A stretch of DNA of 64,000 bases from Octopus bimaculoides. Its lineage: Eukaryota. Position numbers and translations under genes: made by a program. The stretch lies in assembly GCF_001194135.2 (NCBI RefSeq), contig NC_068987.1, forward strand, positions 4,535,266 to 4,599,265, read 5' to 3'. This document shows positions 26,148-39,079 of this stretch, piece by piece. Under the pieces are notes generated by a model. It had not been told where the DNA came from and searched no databases. It saw only the letters and a list, made by a program, of their open reading frames with translations. The first letter of the stretch is position 1. Each line of letters starts with the position of its first letter.

Positions 26148-26340
26148 AAACTTTGCCATTTAAACTGGCCATCTCAGGCCCAAATATTCTATTTATTTTA
26201 TGCTCGAACCAGCCAGGTCCCGCCTCTCACACCTAACTTAAAATGTCGAAATCGCAAAGCTATGAGATAATGAATCATTAATTCAAAACAATGTGAATAA
26301 ATAAGCATTAGACAGAGTAATCTGAATGCTAAAGGTTTAA
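26148..26340. mobile_element. TTAA MITE, third copy
   Basis: Same internal sequence; ends aatgctaaaggtttaa. Confidence 0.65.
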
Positions 26341-28742
26341 GACATTCTTTGAATCTTTTGAGAATGTTGTGGCACCCTCCAAACACTGGACTAACTTCTT
26401 GGCAATTCTTGAAATAGTTTCTTAACAACTGATCTTTTGTTTTTGTAATTAATTATTTTGTAAGCGTTTTACTCAGTATAATTTACAGAAAGTATTGAGT
26501 AATTATTTCAGTTTGAAGTGTATAATTGCTTTTGTTATAACTTGACATAAAAACAAATATATGTATGTGTGTCTGTGTGTGTGTCTGTGTGTGTTTTTTT
26601 GTGTCCGTGCGTGTGTGTGTGAGTGAGCATTTGTGTGTGTGCCTTCAAGGCAACAGAAACCAGAGTGATGGTCAATCCCACATCTAGCAAACATATAACA
26701 TAGGACCACATGTAATCTGGACTAAGCTGGAGCCATCCAACAGCAAAGAGTTCTATACCTTATATCCTTGCAGAGATCGTCGCAAGTTAAGGTACGTATT
26801 GTGTTCACTACAACATGAAATACTGATTTTGTGATTTGGTTGCAACTGGTACTTACTACACCTCTACATGGGGGCCAACAAATCTGCTAGAAATAGTAAC
26901 CAAATTCTTTCATATATTCTAAATGCAGTGAAGGTCACGTCTAGAATGCATTTAATCCTGGGTCTGTCAGATCAAAAATGACCGTGGGTTAAACACCCCA
27001 CCATCATTACCAATAATAACATCCAACTACTCACATGCTATAGGTCTATTTCAGCTTGAGTAACGCTGAGCTTGAGCTAAGCAACAACATCAACAATAAC
27101 AACAAGAGAAATAACAATAGAAAGCATACAAGAAGAGACTNNNNNNNNNNGATAGAAGCAAGAAGACGGAATGAACAGGCTTTAATCACAAATCACAACA
27201 ATTGTTTCTGTGCAATGGTAACAACTGTTAGTTGCTGAGTTTTCCTTGTCATACTATTACATAAATTATTTTATAAATAATTACATAAATATGATCAGGT
27301 GTGCAGCTTTGAGGTATATATATATACATATGTACATATACACACATACATATGTGTTTATACACATGTGTTGGTGAATTTAGTAAGCACGTATAATTAT
27401 ACATTACATACTCTTTCAAATCATGTCTTTCATGTTCTGACTATAATTTGTTATGAATCAAAGACAGAGTAAAGACAATATTGTAAAGTCAGTTTACCAA
27501 AGTCAGATGAATGGAGGCTTACACTACGTTGAAGACTCTGTCCATATTCTTCAATAAATTCCTTGATGTATTTTATGGTAATATAAGATTACAGAAGTAA
27601 ACTTGCACAGAAAGACATACAAACTACTATGCAGTTGAATAAGTTGTAGATATGAAGTATTAGCTGTACTGCACTCTCAAATGATAGAATGGACTTTTGT
27701 TGACTTGGATGTCATTAAGAAAATGGAAGTGTGGTCAAGGAAGACACTCCCACAAAACAATGACCAGAATAATTTGAAAGAGCTGGACCTGCCCTGAGGT
27801 AAAACCCAGCATAAAGACAATACCAGATGGTTTTGTTGATGATGAACTGATTTCAAGAACAGCATAACAGAAAGAGCATTTTTAAGAGATAGCCATGGAG
27901 ATGCTTTAGCAAGTTTTTTTTTTTTTTTACCTCTGACCCAAGATGGGATAGAATAACAAAAGTTGTCATCTATACATGCAGTTACATCTGAAAAACAAAA
28001 GACATTCAGGAGTGGGGGGAAATGTAAGAGTTGGGGAAGTGGAATAAGAGAGTAAAATTAGGAATGTGAAATTTTTAGAGGAAAAGAAGTGGGGAGAGAG
28101 AGAGAGAGAGAGAGAGACCAATGGATAGAAAGACAAAAAGAGAGAAAAAGACAAATATATACGGAATGGGGAGGAGGGAGAGATTTTCACCAGGACATGC
28201 ATCAATGATTTGGGCTCATTGTTGACATTAAAAAAAGGGGGCAAGTTAAATAAAACCAAGTCAAGGCAAAGCAAATACTGACAGGGCTAAGATTAAGTTC
28301 ACTCTTAGCCATATTAGCTCCATCTTTCCATTTTTTAAGTTGTATAATTCTTTTTTTTTTTCTTTTGTTTAATGACACACAATGTAAAGAAAGTTTTGAC
28401 TTGGATCAAGGAAGGAAAAAAATTAAATTTTTGTAAAAGGGAAAAGAGATTTTATAAGAGTCTTTGAACAAGGACTGCATTCCAGGAGACGATGGGAAGA
28501 GAAAAAATAGATTAAATATAAAGACATGGGATTGGTTTAAGATAAATACAAAGACTGGAGATGGAAATAAAGGGAGGGAATTATAGCAAGATAAGGATTA
28601 TAGAAAGAGGAGAAAAATAAACATTTCAATCCAGTTTGCTGAAAGTTTTTCTAAGTAAAAACACACACATGGTATGGCACCATCCTGCAGGGAAGAGGTA
28701 TGCACATATCGGCATGCACAGCACACAGCAGGCAACGCCTAC

Positions 28743-28863
28743 CTTCATTTAGACCCTCGGTAATCAATGGCTCAACCCTCTCGCAAATGAAGCGTTCTTT
28801 TTCTTCAGCTTTCCGTTTAGCTTCATTTTTCAAGTCTTCAGCAGCCTTTTGCATAATAAGTTT
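28743..28863 (-). CDS. TnI: Troponin I exon (N-terminal TnC-binding helix and start of IT arm)
   Basis: tgtttctag|AAA...GAAG|gtaggc, 121 nt, phase 0-1. Encodes KLIMQKAAEDLKNEAKRKAEEKERFICERVEPLITEGLNE. Confidence 0.95.
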
Positions 28864-29888
28864 CTAGAAACAGACATAGCAACAACGATCTTCATATGAT
28901 GATAGAAACAAAATCAAGAGTTTGTAACAAAGGTCAGACATTGATCAAACAAGGAACAGCAATATTTAGAGGGAAAAAAACCAAATAAACATTAATAACA
29001 TGATTTCTGAGAATAGAAATCTGAAAAGATAACACGAAACCTGAAATTTGTAGAGGATTGTGATGTGCGTTAATGACTTTCCTAGGGAGAAAGTATTAAT
29101 GATGCGAGGGAATTGGTTCCATCTAAGACACAAAACCAAGTTTCGGCCTAACATTTACTGAAATTCATTGTTATAACATGAAGTCTTTAAATTATAAGAA
29201 ATAACTAAAACTTCAAAATAATGGCCACATATTTAGAGCTATAACGAAATATAAGATATACATTATTAAAAGGAGAATTGAAATATTAACTCTTTCTTTG
29301 TTAAGCTTGATATTTTCCCTGAGTCACAGTCTCATCTCTTATCGGACAATCTGATTACTAACCCAGCTAACACCCATCTTGGTATTTAATTCAACTGGTT
29401 ACATCTTTGCTAGTTTTATGTTGATTGGCCTTCACAGCAAAAAGGATGCTTCATCTTTTTACACATCAAAGATAACTAAACAGGTGACCTTTGACACTCT
29501 GCAGATTATCTCCTTACACAATTTTGTCAAACTTTGTTAAACTCCATCAAACTCCCTCGCTGCAGTGACTTGTTTTGTATCAGCAGTTATGTCTCCAACA
29601 TCTCATCAAGTTTTGTGAACCTCACCATTTGGTAAAGCCTTCAACACTCTTCTATACAATAAAGACCTCGCTGTCACTGCTGACTACACAGATACACTTG
29701 TTCAAACGACCCCCACCCCTTAATCTCCTGTAACTCTCTCATATAGCTACCATCAATATGCAATCACTCACAGTACTCCATAATTGACCCTCATAGTAGG
29801 CCCTCCATGTGGCATTTACATGAACGAGCCTTACAATAGAAGCCAATGCTTTGTTTTAAAATATCCCAATCATTTCCTTGAAAGGTTT

Positions 29889-30101
29889 TTAACCCTTTAG
29901 CATTTAACCCTTTAGCATATCTGGCCCAAATATTCTACTTGTTTTATGTTCAAACTGGTCAGATCCAGCCTCTCACACCTACCCTACAATGTTATTCTAA
30001 AAAATAAACATTCACATTATTGAAATTTCAAAACTGTGAGATAATTCAGGATTGATTCAAAATGTGCATTTGGCAGAGTAATCTGAATGCTGAAGGGTTA
30101 A
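29889..30101. mobile_element. TTAA-flanked MITE (piggyBac-like)
   Basis: ttaaCCCTTTAGCATT...AATGCTGAAGGGttaa terminal inverted repeats with TTAA at both ends. Homologous copies at about 26148-26340 and 55965-56192. Confidence 0.75.
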
Positions 30102-31885
30102 ATACATTAGTTTACTAAGAGCCTTTAATAACAGGACATTGGCTATATAGGCGTAGATGTGGCTGTGTGGTAAGAAGTTTGTTTCCCAAAGACCTGGTTC
30201 CAGGTTCAGTCCTACTGTGTGGTACCTTGGGCAAGTGTCTTCTACAGCAGCCTTGTGAGTGGATTTGGTAGATGGAAACTGAAAGAAGCCTATCATATGT
30301 GTGTGTGTTAGAAACAAATAAAAGTCTTTCTCAAGCAAATTATGTATTCAATGAGGTCCCCAAGAGCTTGCAAAGAGAAGTGGACAAGAGTTTATCTCTC
30401 TAACTTACAGTCGTTGGAACTCATCATTAAAGAAGAGGTCTCTTACTAACAGAGAGTGGCAAGGCTGCAATGGTTATGAAGAAGGCTTCTAATTAATAGC
30501 TCTTTGAAAACTCATTAGCCACTGATTCTCATTGTTTACAGTAAATCAAGCAAATATCGTAATAAATAACAAATAACAATATCTGAGTGTACCACCATCA
30601 CAAACAATAAAGCTAATGGTTTGTATTAGATTTAATGGTATAGAAGAGGAGTGGTGAGACTTGTTTAATCTGAGCAGAAAATAACTTTAATGGAAAAACA
30701 AATAACACAACATAAACATTAAATATTGAAAACAAAAATGTGCAATTAAACTATATATATATATATATATATACACATATATAAGATCACGTATATATAA
30801 TACAAATAATATATATAATATAAACAATGTGTATAAATATGCATACATATATTTATATTTATGTATATGTGTATATATACTTATATGCATATATAAACAC
30901 ACTTATATTATATATTTAATATTTATGTTATATATATGAGATTAAATTGAATAATACAAAAATACTCAATGATACAATACTGAAAACGATATCAAATCTA
31001 TATTACTAACTAGGAACTTGCCCAGTTGGAAGTGTGTTATGGTTTTTTTTGTTTTTAATTTATGAGAATTAATGCTGGAAAATATATACAAAAATACATC
31101 AATATATGAAAATGATATTAAATATTATTAACAACAACAACAATAGTAACAATAATAATAATAATAATAATGATAATTGTTATTATCATTATTATTATAA
31201 AAAATATTAAGAATCAATGAATTTATGAAATGTTTGAAATAGATTAAAAATTAAAAAATAAATAAAAGTAAAAATAGGTAAAGTTGTTTTTTTTATAACA
31301 TGCAACATGCAGAAAATGAAGAATATGTGGATATGATTTTTTTACACATTCTGCATACCATGGCCATATCAAATATAAGAATATTGGTGAAGGAACACCA
31401 GAGGGGTCAAAATGGGACCACATAGAAGAAGAAATTTTTTTTTTTTAAATGCCAGAGGTTTGTTTTAGGTTTTTACAATAATAATGGTACCACCATCATC
31501 ATCATCATCATCATCGTCGTCGTCATCAGAACAATTAAATGTAGCAGGAGGGTAAACAAAAGTGGTGAAGTTGTTACAATTCAAAAAAAAGGGAGCCAAT
31601 TATAATTACCCTTCCACCCGACCCACCCCGGTTTGGTGCAATCCTGTTTTTCTGAGTTCAGTTCCAGGTGCAGTCAACTTTGCTTTTCAATCACCAAAGG
31701 TGACAAAATATGCACCAATTAATATTGGTGCATACATTTATCTGTTTCAGTCATTTGACTATGGCCATGCTGGAGCACCGCCTTTAGTTGAGCATAATTA
31801 GTAATTCTTTGCAGGGGTCAATAAAATAAATGCCACCAATACACAGAAATTGGTTCAATGTATAACATCAAATAGCCTCCTCAAA

Positions 31886-31987
<102 letters not shown>

Positions 31988-32189
31988 GGCAATGAGGTGG
32001 CAGAATTGTCAGCCTATTGGACAAAACGTTCAGCAGCATTTATCTTGGATCTTTACATTCTGAGTTCAAATCCCAACGCAGTAAACTTTGCCTTTCACCC
32101 TTTCAGGGTGGATATAATCAACTTGCTCCCCTAAAACTGCTGGCCTTGTGCCAGAATTTGAAATCATTATTATTATTATCATTGTTGTT

Positions 32190-32630
32190 GTTGTTATAAT
32201 CCTCATACGATGATTGGTTTGATACAAGTTCTTAGTATGTAAAAATGGTTTTTGTTCGATATCGAAACCATATTGGAAATTTCCACCATCTTCAACACAA
32301 GAACAACAAATTCAATGACTTCTTGTAGAAGAATTTTGAGAGAAATGGTAATTTGTTATATCCATAACTCTTTGCAGGGTATGTTACGCAAGTGAGGTTC
32401 AGTAGTTGAAAGTGAAAAACAAAAATTAGTCATGGATCCAGTTGACCAAGAACATATTAGGCATCACCTTGTACAGGAACAAAAACAACAAGACTGGCAA
32501 GGGTGACGAGATCTTGAATAACTGAACAGGTATGAAGCTTAAGCAATCAGAGATGAGTAAAGCTTTGCTTATAAAGACAACAAAGGAGTTTTATGAGGGA
32601 CTGGAAAGATTATCTCAACTCAAATGTTTT
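32190..32630 (+). mobile_element. Internally deleted mariner remnant
   Basis: MDPVDQEHIRHHL (ATG at 32432) resembles a mariner N-terminus and FYEGLERLSQ resembles the C-terminal FY..GI.KL motif. Confidence 0.4.
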
Positions 32631-32939
32631 ATTTGGTTAGCTTTTGTGCCTTTAAACATCAGTTCTTCTTGTTTTCCCATGCTTTGATAGTTGATCTCTT
32701 CATAATACTAATACTACTATTGCTACTACTACTACTACTACTAATAATAATAATAATAATAATGACAGTGGTTTCAAATTTCGGCACAAAGCAAGTCATT
32801 TTTGTAGGAGGATGTAAGTCATTGGACCTCAGTGCTCAACTTGTACTTATTGACCCTGAAATAATGGAGGTCAAATTCAACTTTGGTAGAAATGCCACTA
32901 AGCATTCTGTCCAACACACTAACGATTCTTCCAGTTCAC

Positions 32940-33002
<63 letters not shown>

Positions 33003-33443
33003 GATGTTGGTGATAGTTTCTTAAATAAACTTAAATCATTATCTTTCAATATTTTGAGATATATTACAGTTGAGTAGAATAGGAAATTCTGATAATTATT
33101 CATTTTCTAAGACTATTAAGTAAGGGACCCCAAAGTAGTTAACATTGCATTGTGGGTAGAATTTGGATTACAAACTCAGTCTTAGTGAGAAGTTTCCTGT
33201 ATATTTAAGTGCCTCCCACAACAACAATAATAATGATGATAACGATGAAGATTATGATGGGGCTAAATATCCATAATAAAACTATTTGCATTAAGAAATT
33301 TGAGGTTCGTCAATAGTTTGCTGTATCTCATTCAATTTAGAATTACCTTCATAAAAATTAATATTATTTATACATTTATGGAATCATACATGTATGTCGA
33401 TCAGAACCAATAGGAATTTGGTATTCAGTTGAGATCACAGTAC

Positions 33444-33600
33444 CTTTACTTAGCTCTTCGAGTTTGTCAGGTAAAAGAACTATACGTTGTGAAAGTATTA
33501 TTTTCTTCCTTGTCTCCTCATCAGTGTCATCTAAGTCTAACTGACTGACATCAGTTAATTTTGTCATTTTCTCTCCTGCAGCACGGGCTTCATGAGAAGG
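33444..33600 (-). CDS. TnI: Troponin I candidate alternative (mutually exclusive) exon
   Basis: ttgtcttttgtttgtaatag|CCT...AAAG|gtactg, 157 nt, phase 0-1, open. Encodes PSHEARAAGEKMTKLTDVSQLDLDDTDEETRKKIILSQRIVLLPDKLEELSK. The 3' half aligns with the 28743-28863 exon. Confidence 0.7.
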
Positions 33601-36321
33601 CTATTACAAACAAAAGACAAACACTCATGCACCAGTGAAACTAAAGCAGCAAGCAAGGAACGGATCGATTATGCAAGACATAAATAAAATGATACAAATG
33701 GCAGAAGACAAGACAATACAGCGGGAAGACAAAACAGAAATTTTGTACCTTTTGGTCATTAAAATTATTACTTGCAATTGATGAGGGTTAAAAATGAATC
33801 TGAATGAAGTATAAAGGATGGGAAAGCCACTTCAGGAAAAGGAAAAGTTCAGGACACGCAAAAAATTTGTTATTTAATGTGGGAAGAAGAACACACAGAT
33901 AGCAAATGTAAGAACATCCAACACACAAACAGAACAGGGAATGGAATGATGTACAATACATATATGAATAAACAGCCCAAAATATATTAAGCAATCATTA
34001 ATTCTACTTTTTTATGTTTTTGTGTGTTGAAAGTGGTTGTAATAGAGAAGAGTCAAAGCGTCCAGTAACTTGAGTCAAATGAGTCTTGTCTGCAATCCAG
34101 TTTGGACTCTCAATTGCAAACTTCACTTTATTTAAATTTAACCAACAAACATCATACAGTTTCATTTTCCACTTTTACCCCATAAATCTGAAATCTTGTT
34201 CCAAGGGGGATGATATCAGTGAGTCAGAGGTTGGATTGGGTTGCATTGATAACTGACTTTAAGCCAAACTGTTGACTGGAACTTTTTTGGGGTGTTATCA
34301 ACAATGTCTGTGAATGCAACAGCAGATACTATGTAACAGGATATTCTCAATATGTACAATGTTTGTGTCATTATCCTCTTAAAGGAGACAGAGTTGGCAT
34401 GGCACCATCAGAAGAGGTTTACAAGATCTCTGCTTATAGAATCAGGGCAGGTTTGCAGCACAGTGTCTAGGTTGCATGTGGGTGGGGGAAATTTGATGTG
34501 AAAGGGTAGTGGTGGATGAGGAGCAAGCAGGTATCCATTACAACCTTGCCTGCAGCCGACCATCGGATGTGGTCAGCATTTGTGAGAGGCATGGTGAATT
34601 CATTGGTCAGAGCTGGCTGGCTCGACACACCCCTGATGAATTCTGTATAAGATGGATGAAGTACAAGACAGATGGAGAACAATATCATTTACACAGAAAG
34701 AAATAGTGTTGGTCGGGGTCAATAAGTAGATTGTTGATGCAGAAGAGGAAGAATGTTGGGGACAAAACTGAATTCTGGGGCTCATCAGAATTGAAAGAAT
34801 GTTGGTCAGAGAATGAGAGAGAGAGGTGAGGGGGAGCTTGCAATTTGTACATTAAGAAAAGTAAAAGAAAGCTGAGCTTTTGCTTACAGCCATGTTTAAA
34901 CGGATGGAGTGACAGATGATGATAAAGTTGATATATTAGTATACTGAAGAATAAGCATATGGTAGGAACACTACTGCCGAACGAAAGACTTACTAATCTT
35001 GTGTGTGTTACTAAACAGTTAATAGTTCACAGTGTTACTAATTAATAATTCATTACTTATGTAATGCAGTGGTGAATTATTAACTATTTTACACACACAC
35101 AAATATGACTGTAATCTTTCAGATGAAGACTAAATCGTTAACTATTTATGTGTGTCAGAATCAATAACATTTATGTGTTATTTTGTAAGATTCTTGATGT
35201 GAAATCGAGTGTGGTGAAACAGATATTGTTATACTTGGGGATGGTCATCTTTTGCCAATAAACACATGCAGTGTTTATTTGACCTTCACTTTTTTCCACG
35301 AAACAGTAAAGTAACATTTCAAATCGGTTCCAAAATATTTTTACGCTTGTTTGTTTTGGTGATGAAGTTTCCCATGTTCAAAACGTTTTCAATTTCCCCA
35401 AAACAAGCTTTAGGGGATGCACCTGCACTCCTTGCACCCCTTCTTCACAAGCCTTTGGTAGTATTTAGTCCTACACACCAGCATCTGCAGATTGTTTATG
35501 ACAAGAACTTGGCTAATCGAGTTGACCAATCACAAAGCAGTTTACAACATATATGTGGTGTTGACTTTCGGAGAAAGGTCAGCTAACAAGTGATCACAAG
35601 TTTGTATTGGGTCTCTTTAAATCATGTCTCGAAACACTCAGGAGTGATAACAGTTTTTATTGTAATTTCAAGTTCTGGATCAAATTCAGTTGTTTATTGT
35701 TCTTGTGTCTGCTTAGTAACTTTACATTGCTTTACATTGCCTTACATGTTCACCTCTGCCTTCATAGAATGTTATATAGGAAAGAAAAGGAGGGGAAAAA
35801 GACAATAAGTGCTTTTTCTACATAACTACATGATCTAATTAAACACAGAGCAATCACTACAATTAATTAATCCAATTGAAACTATCTTCTACATGTAAGA
35901 ACCAAAACAACAAACAACATAGCCGTCACTTGCAAGCGAGTATGACTCGGTAACAGACTTATTCTTTGGCTATTTGTTATGGATGTCTTATGTAGTCATG
36001 AGCACTCTCTCAGAACAACCAGGATATGACAAGTGGAGGAAGACAGAGCTGCTTCAACACTCATCTGGATCAGCAGATTGGAGTAACGTGAAATAAAATG
36101 AAATGCCTTACTCAAGGGCACAGTGCACAAGAATTGAACTCAAGATCTTATCACTGTGGGCCAAATACTCCAACCACAAAGCTAAATGCTTTTCTTTTCC
36201 TACATGTAACAGCACTAACAGTGACGAGCATGAAACTACTACATGTGGTCGTTTAATTTAGCAATTATCTGAAGCAAGCAGTTTTATAATTTCAATTCAT
36301 GAAGATTTAAATGAAGATGAC

Positions 36322-36414
<93 letters not shown>

Positions 36415-37269
36415 TACTACTACTATTATGTACATTTATTAAGGCACAAATAAGCAGGGTTAAGGGTCTTGCTATGGACACAAAGCAATATCTGTGGATC
36501 AAGAATTTAGTACGTTGCTCTGCTTTTAACTATTGTACCACATAACAAGAATAATATGTGGAATTTTCTAACAGACAGTTAGTACAAAGGGGTGTATCTA
36601 CTTCTTCATAATATTTGGCAGGATTAGAAATTTGATTTTAAAATTTAGGAGTAAAGAAATATGCATAGGAAATGCACAGAATATACTTATTTGATTTTTT
36701 TTTTGTCGTTTTTTTATTTTGTAGTTCATAAAATTTCTTGTCTTAGATAATCATGTATAGCACCACTTCATTCTTTTTAGAAATCATCAGCATCACATAA
36801 TTAAATATTAATTAAATATTTTATCAAGTGAGACCATTTCTTATAGAGGAAAATAATTAAAGTCTGAAAAAAATTCTTGGAATGGTTTTTTTCTTTTTTC
36901 TTTTCTTTTTTCTTTCTATTTTTTTTTTTTTTTGTTCTTCACCAAGTGTTCATTGTTTAGTTACCAAGAGAGAAAATTCTTAGTGTATATGTACAGAGTA
37001 ACTGTTTTCCTAGGAGTTTTACCTTGCAAAGGCATTTGACAATTATGATATTGATCATTATTTCTCCTGTTGATAGAATACCTTATTTTATCGACCCCAG
37101 AAGGACAGGGGACAAAGAAGAGGTGAGATGACAGAAATTTTACCCCTATGGCATTTGAATTTAGATTGTAAAAGGAGATAATTAAATATCACAAGGTATT
37201 TAGTCTCGCTCTCTACTGTTTTTGCAACACCACTACCCTTATGATAAATAATAATGATAATAATAAAAA

Positions 37270-37960
37270 TAATAATTGCTTTAAAATTTGACACAAGGCC
37301 AGCAATTTTGAGGAGAGGAAGTTAGTCAATTACATTAACCCCAGTAAATGACTGGTACTTATTTTATTGACTTCGAAAAGATCAAAGACAAAATCGATTT
37401 TGATAGCATTTGAACTCAGGACATAAAACATTGGAAAAATGCTGCAAAGCATTTTGTCTGGCACGGTAATAATTCTGCCAGCTCAAGGCGTCGAGCTGGC
37501 AGAAGCGTTAACATGGTGGGCGAAATGCTTAGCGGTATTTCATCTGTCTTTAAGTTCTGAGTTCAAATTCCGTGGAGGCTGACTTTGCCTTTCATTCTTT
37601 CGGGGTCAATAAATTAAGTACCAGTTGCATACTGGGGTCAATCTATGGCCGCCTTCCACCAAAAATTTCAGGCCTTGTGCCTAGAACAGAAAAGAATAAT
37701 TCTGCCAGCTCTTCACCTTAATAATAATAATAATAATCCTTTCTATTACAGGCACAAGGCCTGAAATTTTGAGGGGGAAGGCTTGTTGATTACGTTGACC
37801 CCAGTTCTCAGCTGGTACTTATTTTATCAACCCTAGAAGGATGAAAGGCAAAGTCGACCTCAGCAGGATTTGAACTCAAAATATAGAGAGCCTGAAGAAA
37901 TGCCATGAAGCATTTTGTCCATTGCAGTAACAATTCTGCTAGTTTGCTGCCATAACAATA
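37270..37960. mobile_element. Cluster of three family A SINEs (-,+,-), one nested
   Basis: A + copy (37485-37694) sits inside the head of a - copy, flanked by a 17-bp direct repeat. Confidence 0.8.
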
Positions 37961-38349
37961 ATAATAATGGTTTAACCATGTAAGGAAAGTAATGGTGCCA
38001 TGTTAAATTATGGTAAAACATGAATATGTGAAGAAATCATATAGTCTGGTTTCCTCAAGATTCAAGAATCTAAAAATCCGATAAAAAAAACCTCATGCTA
38101 AACATAACAGCTTGATAAGTAAGCATTCCAAATGTGAATCGAAGACAATGTGTTTATCTGTGGTTACATGAAGAAATACTGTGCAATAGCAGAATTAAGT
38201 AGGGAAGAAAAAAATAATAAATAAAGGAAATAAAGAAAGAGTCAGAAATTGAATGGCAGCGAAATAAATAAATAAATAGAAAATATGAAATATAATTAAT
38301 AGTACATAATTGGGATAAAAAAAGAGAAATGGATGAAATGTTAATAATA

Positions 38350-38350
38350 G

Positions 38351-38415
<65 letters not shown>

Positions 38416-38500
38416 GCAATAATAATAATAATAATGACTTGAAAAGTAAGAATAATAATAATAATGACTTGAAAAGTAAGAATAATAATAACAATAATAA
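38350..38500. repeat. (AAT)n with an embedded tandem duplication
   Basis: aataataatgacttgaaaagtaagaataata occurs twice. Confidence 0.85.
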
Positions 38501-38618
38501 TATATACGATGAGAATGAAGATGATGAAGACAGACTGGGCAGAAGTAAAGTTGCCAAATTAATGTTGTCATGCATCTGCTAAATGAAGAGCCTCCAAGTC
38601 AAGATGGAGAAAGAGAGA

Positions 38619-38619
<1 letters not shown>

Positions 38620-38684
<65 letters not shown>
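38620..38684. repeat. (GA)n microsatellite
   Basis: Direct inspection. Confidence 0.95.
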
Positions 38685-38688
<4 letters not shown>

Positions 38689-39079
38689 AAATGAGTGAGA
38701 GAGTAAGAGGACTAAGAAAAAGTGAATTTTATTAATTACAAGCAATATTTTGAATGTTGAAATATTTGTAGTCCCACATTTGTAGCCGTAAAATGTTAAA
38801 ATGTTGATAATGAAATATTTTTTGGTGAAGGTGATTGAAAAGATGAAATATATGGAATGTGAAGCATTCCCCACCTCAATTTGTGCCTTTGTTCATTTTA
38901 AGTCTGTTTTATTCCATGCTAGGAAATGTTAAATTGTGAGTTACTTTGAGGCAAGACTTTTCAGCTGGATGCACTACCTGTCATCAACCTTTACTTGTCT
39001 TCAAGTAGAGAATTTTATTCGTTTTCCAAAGGATTTTGAAAGCACAGAGCAAGCACTCATAATATTAACAAATATCAAT

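Noticed and set aside
27500-27870. Possible decayed piggyBac transposase fragment
   Set aside because: Resemblance is too weak and fragmented to call by eye.
35746-35759. 14-nt microexon-like unit after a polypyrimidine tract on the - strand
   Set aside because: Length is not a multiple of 3 and it does not fit either TnI exon path.
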